Part shown: positions 24,861-36,524 of the stretch, in pieces
How positions within the stretch are numbered: the first letter of the stretch is position 1
How the letters are laid out: each line of letters begins with the position of its first letter
Origin: Narcine bancroftii
Lineage: Eukaryota
Direction: 5' to 3'
NCBI RefSeq assembly: GCF_036971445.1
Contig: NC_091469.1
Coordinates: 159,526,001 to 159,590,000, forward strand
DNA length: 64,000 nt
Notes under the pieces: generated by a model
What the model saw: only the letters and a program-made list of their open reading frames with translations
Told to the model about the DNA's origin: nothing
Database searches by the model: none
Made by a program: the position numbers and the translations under genes

Positions 24861-25162
24861 AGTTGTTTGTATCTGGAATGAGCTGCCAGAGGATCCTGTA
24901 GAAATGGGCACGATTGCAACATCCCAAAGAAATTTGGTGGGGTGAACGGATGAGAAGGTTTGAAAGATATGGGATAAATGCAGGAAAATGGGACTGGCCC
25001 AGAATTGCAGCTGGGTCAGTATGAAAGAGTCAGGCCAAAGGGCCTGTTTTGTGCTCTACAACCCCACGACTATTATTTTACAAGGTGGAAATTTTGGCAG
25101 GAATTGACTGTGAAGATGGGGGCAGGTCGACTGATACATTCTGGTGTCTGTCCTTCCATCAG

Positions 25163-25558
25163 CTCCTAACAGGAAGGGCTCAGTGGTGAGTGGGACTGAG
25201 GGAGGTTCAGTCACCTTACCCTGTGTGTTCCAACGGCCTCTGTCTGACCTCACCCTGCACACAGTCACTTGGATGATGAAGGATCCTTATTGGCACGTTC
25301 TCACATTCAGGCACAGATCTGATGGATCGTGGGTGGCAGAAAGTGATGCAACTCGATACGAGCTCGTCGGGGACCCTGAACATGGAAACACCTCAAACCG
25401 GATAAACCAGCTGAGTGTACGAAACAGTCACGGCTACCTGTGTCTGGTGGAGTCCGGAAAACCAGCTCATTTCCGTTACCCAATGGAATATTATGATCAT
25501 GCGAAGACCCCGTATATTTATCTGAGCCAGTGCGAGGCCCACTTGGTGGACTCTCCCG
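25163..25558 (+). CDS. Second Ig V-set exon (Siglec/PILR-like fold, long F-G loop)
   Basis: Acceptor tgtctgtccttccatcAG, donor G|gtaaga, 396 nt, phase 1/1, open; GTEGGSVTLPC, VTW, RYELVGDPEHGNTS.RINQL, YLC. Confidence 0.87.
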
Positions 25559-26599
25559 GTAAGAAACCATTGGCACTTTCTCCAGTGTGTGGTGAGGGGG
25601 AGGGCAGGGTGGAGGGAGTGGTGGAGAGTATGTCACAGGGTGGGACACACCAGGCATTTAGCTGCGACCTGCGCCCCATGTTCAGAACCTTGAACTGAAG
25701 GTCAGATCTGTCGCTGCCAGAATTGGGCCAACTCCCTTCTTTGACACCCATTTGTCTCACCTCTTGTTCGGCACCTGCTGATTACTGGCCTCTGTCCATC
25801 AACCATGAACCTTCCCTGATCCACCAATCCCTCTCTGGCTCCTGCCCAACCCTTCCCACCTTTACTTAATTATTTAAGATTCCCTTTTTGTCATGTAATG
25901 TTATACAACATGTAATATTACATGAAATCGGTTTCCTCAGGTAGAATATGGCCATTAGTGTCACGTGAGGGGAAGAAACAAAGGAGAGTCCCTTCAGAGT
26001 CATTGAGTGTCCGTGGATTTGCCACCAACCCTCCCGCAGCCTCTGCAGCCACACAGACTCCTGTTTGATCCATCGACAACCCAAGCTCCAGATCCAAACC
26101 CTGATCCTATCAGGAAGCCTTCAGTGCCCGAGGCCATTTGGGAGCCCTTCTTCCCCTCAACTCCCTCTCAAATCCAGGTTCCAATATCTTGTTCCAAAGA
26201 TCCAGTCTCCAGCAGCCCAATGGGTTCCCCAACCACAAGTCACCCACAGCCTGTGTGGGTTCCTCAGCCACTGAGCCCCTCGCTGCTCCACCGCCATGGT
26301 TACCACCCTTATAGTCATCGCTTCTGCTTCACCTGCTCAACTTTTGGGGGGTGGGATGTTCTCCCCATTTCTGCTGCTCCCCGCAGACTTCAACCCCTCA
26401 CGGCCACTGCTGAGCATGGGCACCACCATCTTGGGTGCAGTCTTCTGTGGATGCAGGATTTGATTTCCAGACACCGTGGGCTCCTTTAATGGGCCATTTA
26501 AAGCCTGTACGGAGCCACTGGCATTAGAAGGCCTTTGGAGCAGCCCCGTGTCCCCGCTCTCCCAGGTCTGTACCAGCGGCAGCACTGTCGGGAGAGGAG

Positions 26600-27110
26600 A
26601 GGACAGAAGACAGAAGACAGAAAAGAAAAGAGTCGGGGGCAGGTAGGAAAACTTTTTTTAAAACGTCTCTTACCAGGGCCTGAGGGGAGGAGTCGGCGTT
26701 GGAGGCGGCCATTGGTCGGGAGGCCGTGCAGGTGAGCGTGTCGGGGTTAATTGGGTAAAAGGCAGATAAATAAGAGGCCCAGCGCGTGAGTGGCCCAGCG
26801 AAGGAGTGGGACTTCCAGGCTTTGGCTCATCAGGCTTCGGCGAAAGCAGGCGTAGAGAAAGACCTTCCTAGGTAAAGTGCATTGTGAGTAACCTACCATT
26901 AAAAGGCTGAGCCATGTCCATGGGGTTGGTGCTATGCTCAAGTTTCCAGATGTGGGAGCCATGGGTGACCTCCACCCTCCCAAAAGACCATATCTGTGCC
27001 AGGTACAAGGAGGTGGGGTTCCTTAGGGGCCAAGTTGAGGTACTGGAGCTCCAACTAGATGACCTTAGGCTCACCAGAGAGTGTGAGGAGGTTGGTGACA
27101 AGACCATAAA
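26600..27110 (+). mobile_element. 5' UTR and ORF1 N-terminus of an older CR1
   Basis: CSSFQMWE...HICAR...LELQLDDLRLTRE (CR1 ORF1 zinc finger/coiled coil). Confidence 0.75.
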
Positions 27111-30100
27111 CATTTCCACAGGACATACCTGCAGGGGATGTAATGAGACACAAGCATTTAGGAAAAAAAATTGAAGAAATGGAGATGCAGCTAGATGATC
27201 TGAGGCTAATCAGAGAGAGCGAGGAATTTATTGATTCAACACTCAGGGAAGTGCTTACCCCTGGATTGGGGGGGGTCAGGAAAGTGGACTACTGTCAGGA
27301 GTGGGGAAAAAGTTGCTAGCTCTGTGGAGAGCACCCCAGTGGCTACAGATCTTAGCAACGAATATACAGTATTGGATGAAGTAGGGGAAGATAACCTGCC
27401 AGAGGTAGCGCCAAAGGAGACAGTGGTACGGAAGGAGAAGAAGGGGAACAAGGTGGTCATTGGGGACTCCATCGCTAGGGGAACGGACAGAAGATTCTGC
27501 GAACCTGACAAGTGTTCCCGTATGGTGTGTTGCCTCCCAGGAGCCAGGGTACGTGACGTCTCGGATAGGGTTCAGAGTATCCTGGGGGGGGAAGGAGACC
27601 GGCCAGAGGTCCTGATACACGTGGGCATAAATGACGTAGATAGATTGAAGGAGGAGATCCTGAAGAGAGACTACCGTGAGCTCGGAAGGAGGTTGAGAAG
27701 CAGGACCTCCAGGATTGTAATCTCGGGGCTGCTTCCTGTACTGTGCGTGGGTGGGGGCAAGAATAATAAAATCAAGAGGTTAAACGTGTGGCTGAGGGAA
27801 TGGTGCAGAGTGCAGGGATTCAGGTTCATTGACCATTGGGATCTCTTCTGGGGACCTATACAGGAGGGATGGTTTACACCTGAATGAGAAGGGGGCGAAT
27901 ATACTGGCAGTTAGGTTTAATAAAGCTGTCGGAGCTGATTTAAACTAATTTGGCAGGGGGAAGGGAACAGGACTGATAGGGAAGTAGATAGGAGAGAGAA
28001 TATAGGGGTGGTTCCGATAGACAGTGAAACAATAAGGAATAAGGGAGCTAAAAGTGATAGGAGAATAAGAACGAATGCACCAAGAACCAAGGTGGAGGGA
28101 GAAAGGAGGTATGGCATCAAGGTATTGTGTATGAATGCAAGGAGTGTAAGGAATAAAATGGATGAGCTTGAGGCGCAAATGACAATGGGAGGTTATGACA
28201 TTGTCGGAATAACGGAGACATGGCTGCGGGAAGGGCAGGATTGGGAAATAAATGTTCCAGGGTACACGTCCTTTAGAAAGGACAGAAAGTTAAGAAGAGG
28301 AGGTGGGGCAGCTCTGTTGGTAAGAAATGAGATTCAGGCATTTGAAAGGAAGGACATTGAAACAGGTGAGGTAGAGTCTGTTTGGATTGAATTAAGAAAT
28401 TGCAAGGGCAAGAGGAATATAATGGGGGTCATTTACAGGCCTCCGAAAAGTAGCTCAGATATCGGTAGTAGTATAAATCAGGAATTAAGAGTGGCATGTC
28501 AAAGTGGTAGCAATACGGTAGTTATGGGGGACTTCAACATGAAGGTGGACTGGGTTAATCAGACGGGGGCAGGAACACAAGAGAGCGAGTTTATAGAATG
28601 TCTACGAGATACTTTCTTGGAACAGCTAGTGGAGGAACCTACCAGGGGGAAGTCGATTCTGGACTGGGTGCTGTGCAGCGACGCAGACTTAATAAGTAAC
28701 CTTGATGTAGGGGAGCCATTAGGGAATAGTGACCATGGTATGGTTACTTTTAAGCTGCAACTAGAAAGGGAAATGGAAAGGAAGTCGGAAGCATCTGTAC
28801 TTCAGTTAAATAAAGGGAATTTTGCAGCTATGAGGGAAGAGCTATCCAAAATAAAATGGGAAGATACACTAGCTGGGAGGACAACTGGGGAAAAATGGCA
28901 GGTTTTTATGGACATTTTTCACAGGATTCAGGACAAATTTATTCCAAAGTGGAGGAAAGGCTCTAGGAGATGCAAATGGCAGCCCTGGCTAACTAAGGAA
29001 ATCAAGTGGATTATCAAGTCCAAAGGGAGTAATTATAAGATAGCGAAGCGGAGTGGGAAATTAGAGGATTGGGAAACCTTCAAAGAACATCAGAGGGTAA
29101 CTAAGAAAGCCATAAGAGATGGGAAAATGAAGTACGAGAGGAAATTAGCAGATAATATTGCGGAGGATAGCAAAAGCTTTTTTAAGTATGTGAAGAGGAA
29201 GAAATTGGTTCGGTCTAAAATTGGCCCTTTGAAAATGGGCAAGGGTGAAATTATTACCGGAAACAAGGAGATGGCAGAGGAATTTAACAAATTCTTTGCA
29301 ACTGTCTTCACCAAGGAGGATATAGGTTATAGTCAGTTAGGGGGTAGTGGTCATGCGGTACCAAGAGACTTGGGGAACTTTACTGGGGAGGTAGGGGATC
29401 TAATGGATATCCGGATCCAGAAGCAGGAGGTTATGAGTAAATTGTTGGGACTGAGGGCTGATAAATCCCCAGGGCCTGATGGGCTGCATCCTAGGGTGCT
29501 TAAAGAGGTGGCTATGGAAATTGTGGAGGCACTGGTCGACATTTTCCAAAGTTCCATAGATTCCGGAGAGGTCCCTGAGGATTGGAGAGTGGCTGATGTG
29601 GTGCCGCTTTTTAAGAAAGGAGGGAGGGAGAAAACGGGAAATTATAGACCGGTCAGCCTGACATCAGTGGTGGGGAAGATATTGGAGTCCATCATAAAAG
29701 GAGAAATAGCAGAACACTTAGTCAGTAATAATAGTATAAGGGCTAGTCAGCATGGATTCCTTAAGGGTAAGTCATGCTTGACTAACCTTCTGGAATTTTT
29801 TGAGGATGTGACAAAGAGGGTGGGCTCGGGAGAGCCAGTGGATGTGGTGTATTTGGACATGAGCAAATTTGCAGATGACACTAAACTGCGTGGCGGTGTG
29901 GGGTGTGAGGAGGATGTAAGGAAAATGCAGAGGGACTTGGACAGGCTGGAGGAGTGGGCGGCTAAATGGAAGATGAATTTCAATGTGAACAAATGTGAGG
30001 TTATTCATTTTGGGGGAAGTAATAGGAAAGCTGAGTATTATTTAAATGGAGACAAGCTAGGGAGTGGGGAAGTGCAAATGGATCTGGGTGTACTTGTTCA

Positions 30101-30805
30101 CCGGTCACTGAAGGCTAGCATGCAGGTTCAGAAAGCTGTGAAGAAGGCAAATGGAATGTTGGCTTTCATAAAGAGGGGATTGGAGTATAGGAACAGAGAC
30201 GCCCTTCTGCAGTTGTACAGGGCCCTGGTGAGACCCCACCTGGAGTATTGCGTCCAGTTCTGGTCTCCAAACTTGAGGAAGGACATACTAGCTATAGAGG
30301 GTGTGCAGCGCAGATTTACAAGGTTAGTTCCAGCGATGGCGGGGTTGACATATGCAGCAAGGCTAGAAAAACTGGACTTGTATCTGATGGAGTTTAGAAG
30401 GATGAGGGGGGACATGATTGAGGTATACAAAATCATCAGGGGGATAGACAAGGTGAAGTCGGATTACTTGTTCCCAGTGATGGGGGAGACGAGGACTAGA
30501 GGGCATAGTTTAAGAATACAGGGTAGGCCCTTTAGGACGGAGATGAGAAAGCATTTTTTTACCCAGAGAAGTGTGAATCTGTGGAATGCTCTGCCACAGA
30601 GGGTGGTAGAGGCGGATTCGCTGACTATGTTCAAAAGAGAGTTAGATAAGACTCTTGTGGGTAACGGAGTTAAGGGTTATGGGGATAAGGCTGGAAAGGG
30701 GTACTGATGGTAATGATCAGCCATGATCTAAAATGGCAGTGCTGGCCCAATGGGCCAAATGGCCTACTCCAGCTCCTATTGTCTATTGTATATTGTCTAT
30801 TGTCT
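27110..30805 (+). mobile_element. Near full-length young CR1 (ORF1 esterase + ORF2) with internal RT deletion
   Basis: ORF1 SGNH esterase (VIGDS, CLPGA, HVGIND, DHW); ORF2 899 aa; (CTATTGT)n tail at ~30775-30805. Confidence 0.95.
28008..30707 (+). CDS. CR1 ORF2: APE endonuclease + internally deleted reverse transcriptase
   Basis: MNARS, GITETW, YRPP, GDFN, LDWV, SDH; RT reads VYLD|MSKFADD, lacking the KAFD and QGS motifs. Confidence 0.9.
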   Translation: MVPIDSETIRNKGAKSDRRIRTNAPRTKVEGERRYGIKVLCMNARSVRNKMDELEAQMTMGGYDIVGITETWLREGQDWEINVPGYTSFRKDRKLRRGGGAALLVRNEIQAFERKDIETGEVESVWIELRNCKGKRNIMGVIYRPPKSSSDIGSSINQELRVACQSGSNTVVMGDFNMKVDWVNQTGAGTQESEFIECLRDTFLEQLVEEPTRGKSILDWVLCSDADLISNLDVGEPLGNSDHGMVTFKLQLEREMERKSEASVLQLNKGNFAAMREELSKIKWEDTLAGRTTGEKWQVFMDIFHRIQDKFIPKWRKGSRRCKWQPWLTKEIKWIIKSKGSNYKIAKRSGKLEDWETFKEHQRVTKKAIRDGKMKYERKLADNIAEDSKSFFKYVKRKKLVRSKIGPLKMGKGEIITGNKEMAEEFNKFFATVFTKEDIGYSQLGGSGHAVPRDLGNFTGEVGDLMDIRIQKQEVMSKLLGLRADKSPGPDGLHPRVLKEVAMEIVEALVDIFQSSIDSGEVPEDWRVADVVPLFKKGGREKTGNYRPVSLTSVVGKILESIIKGEIAEHLVSNNSIRASQHGFLKGKSCLTNLLEFFEDVTKRVGSGEPVDVVYLDMSKFADDTKLRGGVGCEEDVRKMQRDLDRLEEWAAKWKMNFNVNKCEVIHFGGSNRKAEYYLNGDKLGSGEVQMDLGVLVHRSLKASMQVQKAVKKANGMLAFIKRGLEYRNRDALLQLYRALVRPHLEYCVQFWSPNLRKDILAIEGVQRRFTRLVPAMAGLTYAARLEKLDLYLMEFRRMRGDMIEVYKIIRGIDKVKSDYLFPVMGETRTRGHSLRIQGRPFRTEMRKHFFTQRSVNLWNALPQRVVEADSLTMFKRELDKTLVGNGVKGYGDKAGKGY

Positions 30806-31239
30806 GCCGTAACAGCAGCTCCGCCAGCACCGCCCATTGTCATTTACACTGAGCCCATCTCCCCTACACCCTCAGCCCTGATGAAGGGATCTGGCCCAAA
30901 ATGTTGACTGTTCTCTCTCTCCCACGGTTGCTGCTCGACCCACTGAGTTTTCCAGCGGATTGTCTGTGGCTCTGGATTCAAGCGCCCGCAGTCTGCTTCC
31001 TTACACCCCTTGACCTTGGACCCTCCTTCACTCAGGCCGACTATGGGAAGGTGTCACGGTCTAGCCTTGCCCCCCTAACATGTGTGGACTGGTGGCTGTC
31101 CATGAAGGGCCATGGGACCGGCAGCAATCACTGGGCACACATCTCCCGTACAGGGTGAGGGAAGGAAAGAGGACACTATGTAGGGTCTCGGTTCATGTCT
31201 CCAACTCCAAGTGTAACAACACTTCACTTGTGAATCCTC

Positions 31240-34200
31240 AGAGGTCATAGAACACTACAGCACAGAAACAGGCCTTTCAGCCCTTCTGGTTCTGCTAACC
31301 TGCACCTAGTCCATATCCCTCCATACCAAACCCATCCATGTACTTGTCTAAATTCTTCTTAAATGTTAAAATTGTGCCCACATTAACCACTGATCGTTCC
31401 TCACTCCACCACCTTCTGTTCCCCCTAAACCTTTCCCCTTTCACCCTAAAGCCATGTCCTCTCGTATTTCTCTCTCCTAATCTAAGTGGAAAGTGCCTTC
31501 TCCCATTTACTCGGACTATACCCTTCATAATTTTGTAAACCTTGATTAAATCTCCACTTATTCTTCTTCATTCCAAGGAATAAAATCCAAACCTGTTTAA
31601 TCTTTCCCTGTAACTCAACTCCTGAAGACTCAGCAACATCCTAGTAAATCTTTTCTGCACTTTCAATCTTATTGATAGCCTTCCTGTTGCTAGGCAACCA
31701 GAACTGCACACAATATTCCAAATTTGGCCTCACCAATGTCTGAAATAACTTCAAGATAACATCCCAACTCTTATCCTCAATACTTAGATTTATAAAGGCC
31801 AGATGCCAAAAGCTTCCTTTACAACCTGTCAACATGTGACACCCCCTTCAGGGAACAATGTACCTGTATCCCCAGGTCCCTTTCCTCCTCCACACTGCTC
31901 AGTGCCTGATCATTTACAGTGAAGGTCCTTTCTGGATTTGCTCTTCCAAAATTCAACACCTCACACTTGCCTGCATTAAACTCCATCATCCATTTACTGG
32001 CCCAGTTTCCCAGCTGGTCCAGATCCTTCTTCCAGCTTTGAAAACCTTCCTCACTGTCCATAATGTCTCCTACCTTTGAGTCAGTGGCAAATTTGCTGAT
32101 CCAATTTACCACATTATCATCCAGATCATTGATATGGACAATAGTCCCAACACAGATTCCCGAGGCACACCACTCATCACAGGCCTCCGGTCTGAGAAGC
32201 AATGATCCACGAGCACTCAGTTTTCTCCCCCACAGACAATTTCAAATCCAGTTTACAACCACTCTATGTAGTGTTACGAGTCCAGAGGGCCCAAAAACCC
32301 AGCAGCAGTAGAAATTCACCAAGACAAAGCTGCTTTTAATTTTGTTTGAACATAAAAACAGAATCAAGCTTTAACTTATTACTACTAACTTAATCCCCTA
32401 CTAATTCTAAGTGCACATGGATGTAATGTGTTTGTGTTCAGGAAAGTTCTGTCTCACTGTCCAATCATTCACTTTTCACTTCTCCAAGTTTACCCATTAT
32501 TATTCTAACATATCCTCTAACACTCGTGTCTTAACCTTCTGAACTAACCTCCCTTGTAGAATATTTCCCTCATCCACCCTTCTTGGTAACTTCTTTCAAA
32601 AACTCAACAAGATTTGTTAACCTTGAGCTACAACACACAAATCCATGCTGACTGGACTTAATCAGTCCATGTCTGGACTAAACCTAAACAACCTATCTCT
32701 CAGAACTCCGAATAAATTACCTACTACTGACATCAGGCTCACTGGCCCATAGTTACCTGGTTTACTCCAGGAGACTTTCTTAAACAGGGGGATAACAGGA
32801 GCCACACTCCAATCCCCTGGCACCTCTCCGGTGGCTATGAACATGTTGAATCAGTCAGGGCCCCTGCAATTTCAACACTGGTCTCTCTCAAGGTCCGAGT
32901 GAATATCAGATCTGCCCCAAGAGATTTGTCTACCTTTTTTCGTTGTCAGGCAGCGATCAATCTCCATATGTTTCATGTCACTTCTATTTGTTTCCCTTCC
33001 ATCCATATGCACGGTACCAGTTTCCTGAGGATATACTGATGTAAAAATAAACTGTCTAATTCCTCCCCCATTTAGTGAGGCTCCACACATCGTTGACCAC
33101 TCTGATCCTCCAGGGGACCATTTTTCCCTTCCTGATTTCATTCTTTAGTATTCCCTTACATTTTCGATACACTGCGACTACCTCATTTCCTCCTTGTTGC
33201 CTATAACAGGTTACACAACTCTCTCTTCTTCCGAATCCAATCCCCAATATCCCTTGAAAACCAAGGTTCCCTATGCCTGTTAATTTTCCCTTTAATCCTG
33301 GTAGGAACGTACCTCAAAATCTCGCCCTTGAGTGCCTTCCACTTGTTTGATGAATCCTTGCCAGAAAACAACTTGTTCCAGTAGATTCCTCCAAGATCCT
33401 TTCTCATTTCCACAAAATTGGCCTTTCTCCAATGTAGAACCTCAGCACGAGGACCAGATCTATCCTTATCCATAAGTAACTTGAATCTAATTACATTATG
33501 GTCACTGGACCCAAAATTCTCACTGACACAGACTTCTGCCAACTGACCTGCCTGGTTCTCTAATAGGAGATCAAGTTTTGCATCCTCTCTCATCGGTTCA
33601 TCTCCATATTGATTTTGAAAACTTTCCTGTACACATTTGACAAACTCCCAAGCCACCCAGTCCTTTTACAGTATGGGAGTCCCAATCAATATGTGGAAAG
33701 TTAAAATCACCTACTACCACAACTTTGTTTCTTACAATGGTCTGCCAGCTCCCGACTGATTTGTGCCTCCAATTCTCTCAAACTATTGGGTGCTCCATAA
33801 TACAAGCCTATTAATGTGTTAACACCTTTCCCGTTTCATAGTTCCACCCAAAAGGCTTCTGTAGATGAGCCCTCTGGACTGTCTTGTCTAAACTCAGCTG
33901 TGATAATTTCCCTGACTAGCAACACCACTCCTTCCCCTTTCATCCCTCCCCCTTTATCCGTCTCAAACAACGGAACTCCAGAACATGGAACTGCCAGCCC
34001 TGCAACCAAGTCTCACTCATAGCAATAACATCATAATCCCACGTGCCCATCCACTCCCTCAGCTCATCTACCTTACCGACAATACTCCTCACATTGAAAT
34101 AGATGCATCAGAGATCATTTCCTCCCCACCAACTGTATCCAAAGCAGTAGATTGATTGGTGATGCGAACAGCCACAGAGGTTCTCTGCTTCTTCTGCCCC

Positions 34201-34730
34201 TTCCCCTCCCTTTCCCAACTGTCACCCAGGTGCCTGCCTCCTGACTGTTAGGGGTTCCTGCCTCCCTCAAACTCCTCTCCATCACTGCTTCTGCCGACCC
34301 AATGATCTAAAGTTCATCCAGCTGCAGCTCCAGTTCCCTAACTCCGTTTATCAGGAGCTGCAGCTGGATGCACCTCTTGCAGGTGTCATCATTGGCAACA
34401 AAGTGTTGTCCCTGACTTCCCACATCCTGCAGGCGGAACACTGGACTGGCCTAACAACTGCCTCTATTACCCAATTCCTCAGTTAATTAACTAGCTTAAT
34501 GAAACAAACTTTCCACTCTTCCCTTACTGGGAGCAAATTCTTCCTCAGCTACTGCGGATAAGGCCACCATGTCCCACTCACCCCCCACCCTCACCCCCAT
34601 CCCCCCCACCCCCCCCACCACCCACCCCCCCATCCCCCCCACCCCCCCCACCACCCACCCCCCCACCCACCCCAACCCCCCCCCACCCCCCATCACTGGC
34701 TGCTTTAACAGCTCTCCCTCTTTTTCCATG
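31240..34730 (-). mobile_element. Old degenerate CR1, including ORF1/5' remnants; unrelated insert at ~32260-32500
   Basis: ORFs 31295-33656 with CR1 motifs (GNYGPVSL, GSSDH, INDLDD). Confidence 0.85.
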
Positions 34731-36524
34731 TCCCCATCTATTATCTGAATGGCTCACTGGCCCTAATCAATTAACTCAATTGCAGCCTCCTGACTCCAAC
34801 TCCAAAAATGTTGAGGGAAACTTCTTCACACAGAGAGCGATGGGAGTGTGGACCGAGCTGCCAGCTGAATGTGGGCTTAGTTTTAACATTTAAGAAGTAT
34901 TTGGACAGGTGCATGGATGGGAGGGGTATGGAGGGATATGACCTGGGTACAGGTTAGTGGGACTAGGCAAAAATGGTTCAGCAAAGAATAGAAGGGCCGA
35001 AGAGGCCTGTTTCTGTGCTGTAATGTTCCATGGTTCTAAGCAGGCCCTTCAACACTTCTAGTCTGTTCCAAACTCTTATTCTGCCTAGTCCCAGTGACCA
35101 TATTTCTGCTAACACTCCCATCCATGTCACAGTCCAAATGTTTTTTGCATGTCAAGTTCACTTTGGCAGCTCGTTCCACTCTCCCACTACTCACTCTGTG
35201 AAAAGTTTCCTCCTGATGTTCTCCCTAAACTTCTCCCCTAACCCACGTCTTCCAGTTCTTGTCTCACCCCAACCTCAGTGGAAAAATCCTGTCTACATTT
35301 ACTCTGTGTGTACTCCTCAAAATTTTAAATACCTCTATTAAATATCCCCTAATTCTTCTACGCTCCAAGGAACAAAGTCCTATCCTGTTTAACTTTTCCT
35401 TTTACCTCAGTTCCTCAAGTCCCGGCAACATTCCTGCAAACCAAGTGAGGGTGGATTCTGGACAGATAGAATCTGGGGAAGAAGGGAACAGTTAAGTGAT
35501 GGGGGAACCAGGAGGGGGAGAGAGGTGTGGGACAGATATGGGAATGGGAACTAGCTAAGGGGTGGGGGAGAGGGGGGTTTGGATGGATAAATAGTGGGGC
35601 AATGAGATTAGAGGGGGGGGAACATTTAAATAATGAGAGATCCAGGTTGGGGTGGGAGAGGAAACAGGTAAATGATAGAGGATCCAGTTGGGGAAGCCTG
35701 GGGTGTGGTACAGGTCAGTGTTCAGGGAACTGGGTAGGGGAGAGTGGGATGGGACAGGGGCTGGTAGGTGATAGGTGGAACCAGGTGGGAGAGAAAGGGT
35801 CAAGTTTATTGACATCTCTTTGTACATGTACAACCCAATGAAACAGTGTCTCCAGTCCTCGATTCAAACTCGTAGACTCACAACCAGACATCACACGTGT
35901 ACAGACAAATAATACACATGCGGGACAAGTACTTTATTGATATAAATATTATTTTATGAATATGAGAGTTTTGGATGGTCAGTGTGAGCAGTTCCTTTGG
36001 TCATTCAGCATTCTCACTGCCAGTGGGAAGAAGGTGTTCCCCAGCCTTGTGGTGCCGGCTCTGATACTCCTGTATCTCTTCCCCGACAGGATCAGCTGAA
36101 AGATGCTGTGTGTAGGTTGGAAGGGGTCCTCAATAATTTTACACACCCTCTTCAGACAACGATCCTGGTAGATCACATCAATGGTGGGCAGAGAGACTCT
36201 AGAGATCCTCTCTGTCACAATTCTGGTCCTGTCAATTCACCTCCAATCCATTTCTCCACAGCAACTGTACCACACAGCGATGCAGCCGGCCAGGAGACTC
36301 TCAGTCGATCTCCTGTAGGAGGTTGACATCATGGTGGCAGGTAGCCTTGCCCGCCTCAGCCTTCTCTTGAAGTGCAGGCACTATTGTGCCTACCTGACAA
36401 TTGAGGAGATGTTGCGTGTCCATAATAGGTCATTACTTAAGTCCACGATAGGTCACTAGTTGAGTGGTACAGAGGCCAGTAGATGATTTTCAGTTGGTAC
36501 CAGGTCGGGTAGAGGGAATGGAAC
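33571..36524 (+). repeat. Segmental duplication copy B
   Basis: Matches 13576-15918, plus three extra segments and a C-rich expansion at 34580-34690. Confidence 0.93.

Noticed and set aside
21999-25698. V exons as rearranging Ig/TCR/IgNAR segments
   Set aside because: Both include the G strand and end in splice donors; no CACAGTG/ACAAAAACC RSS seen.
31036-31154. 119-nt exon-like segment (AG...GTGAGG)
   Set aside because: Has a stop in phase 1, so it cannot follow V2; the phase-0 peptide is unrecognisable.
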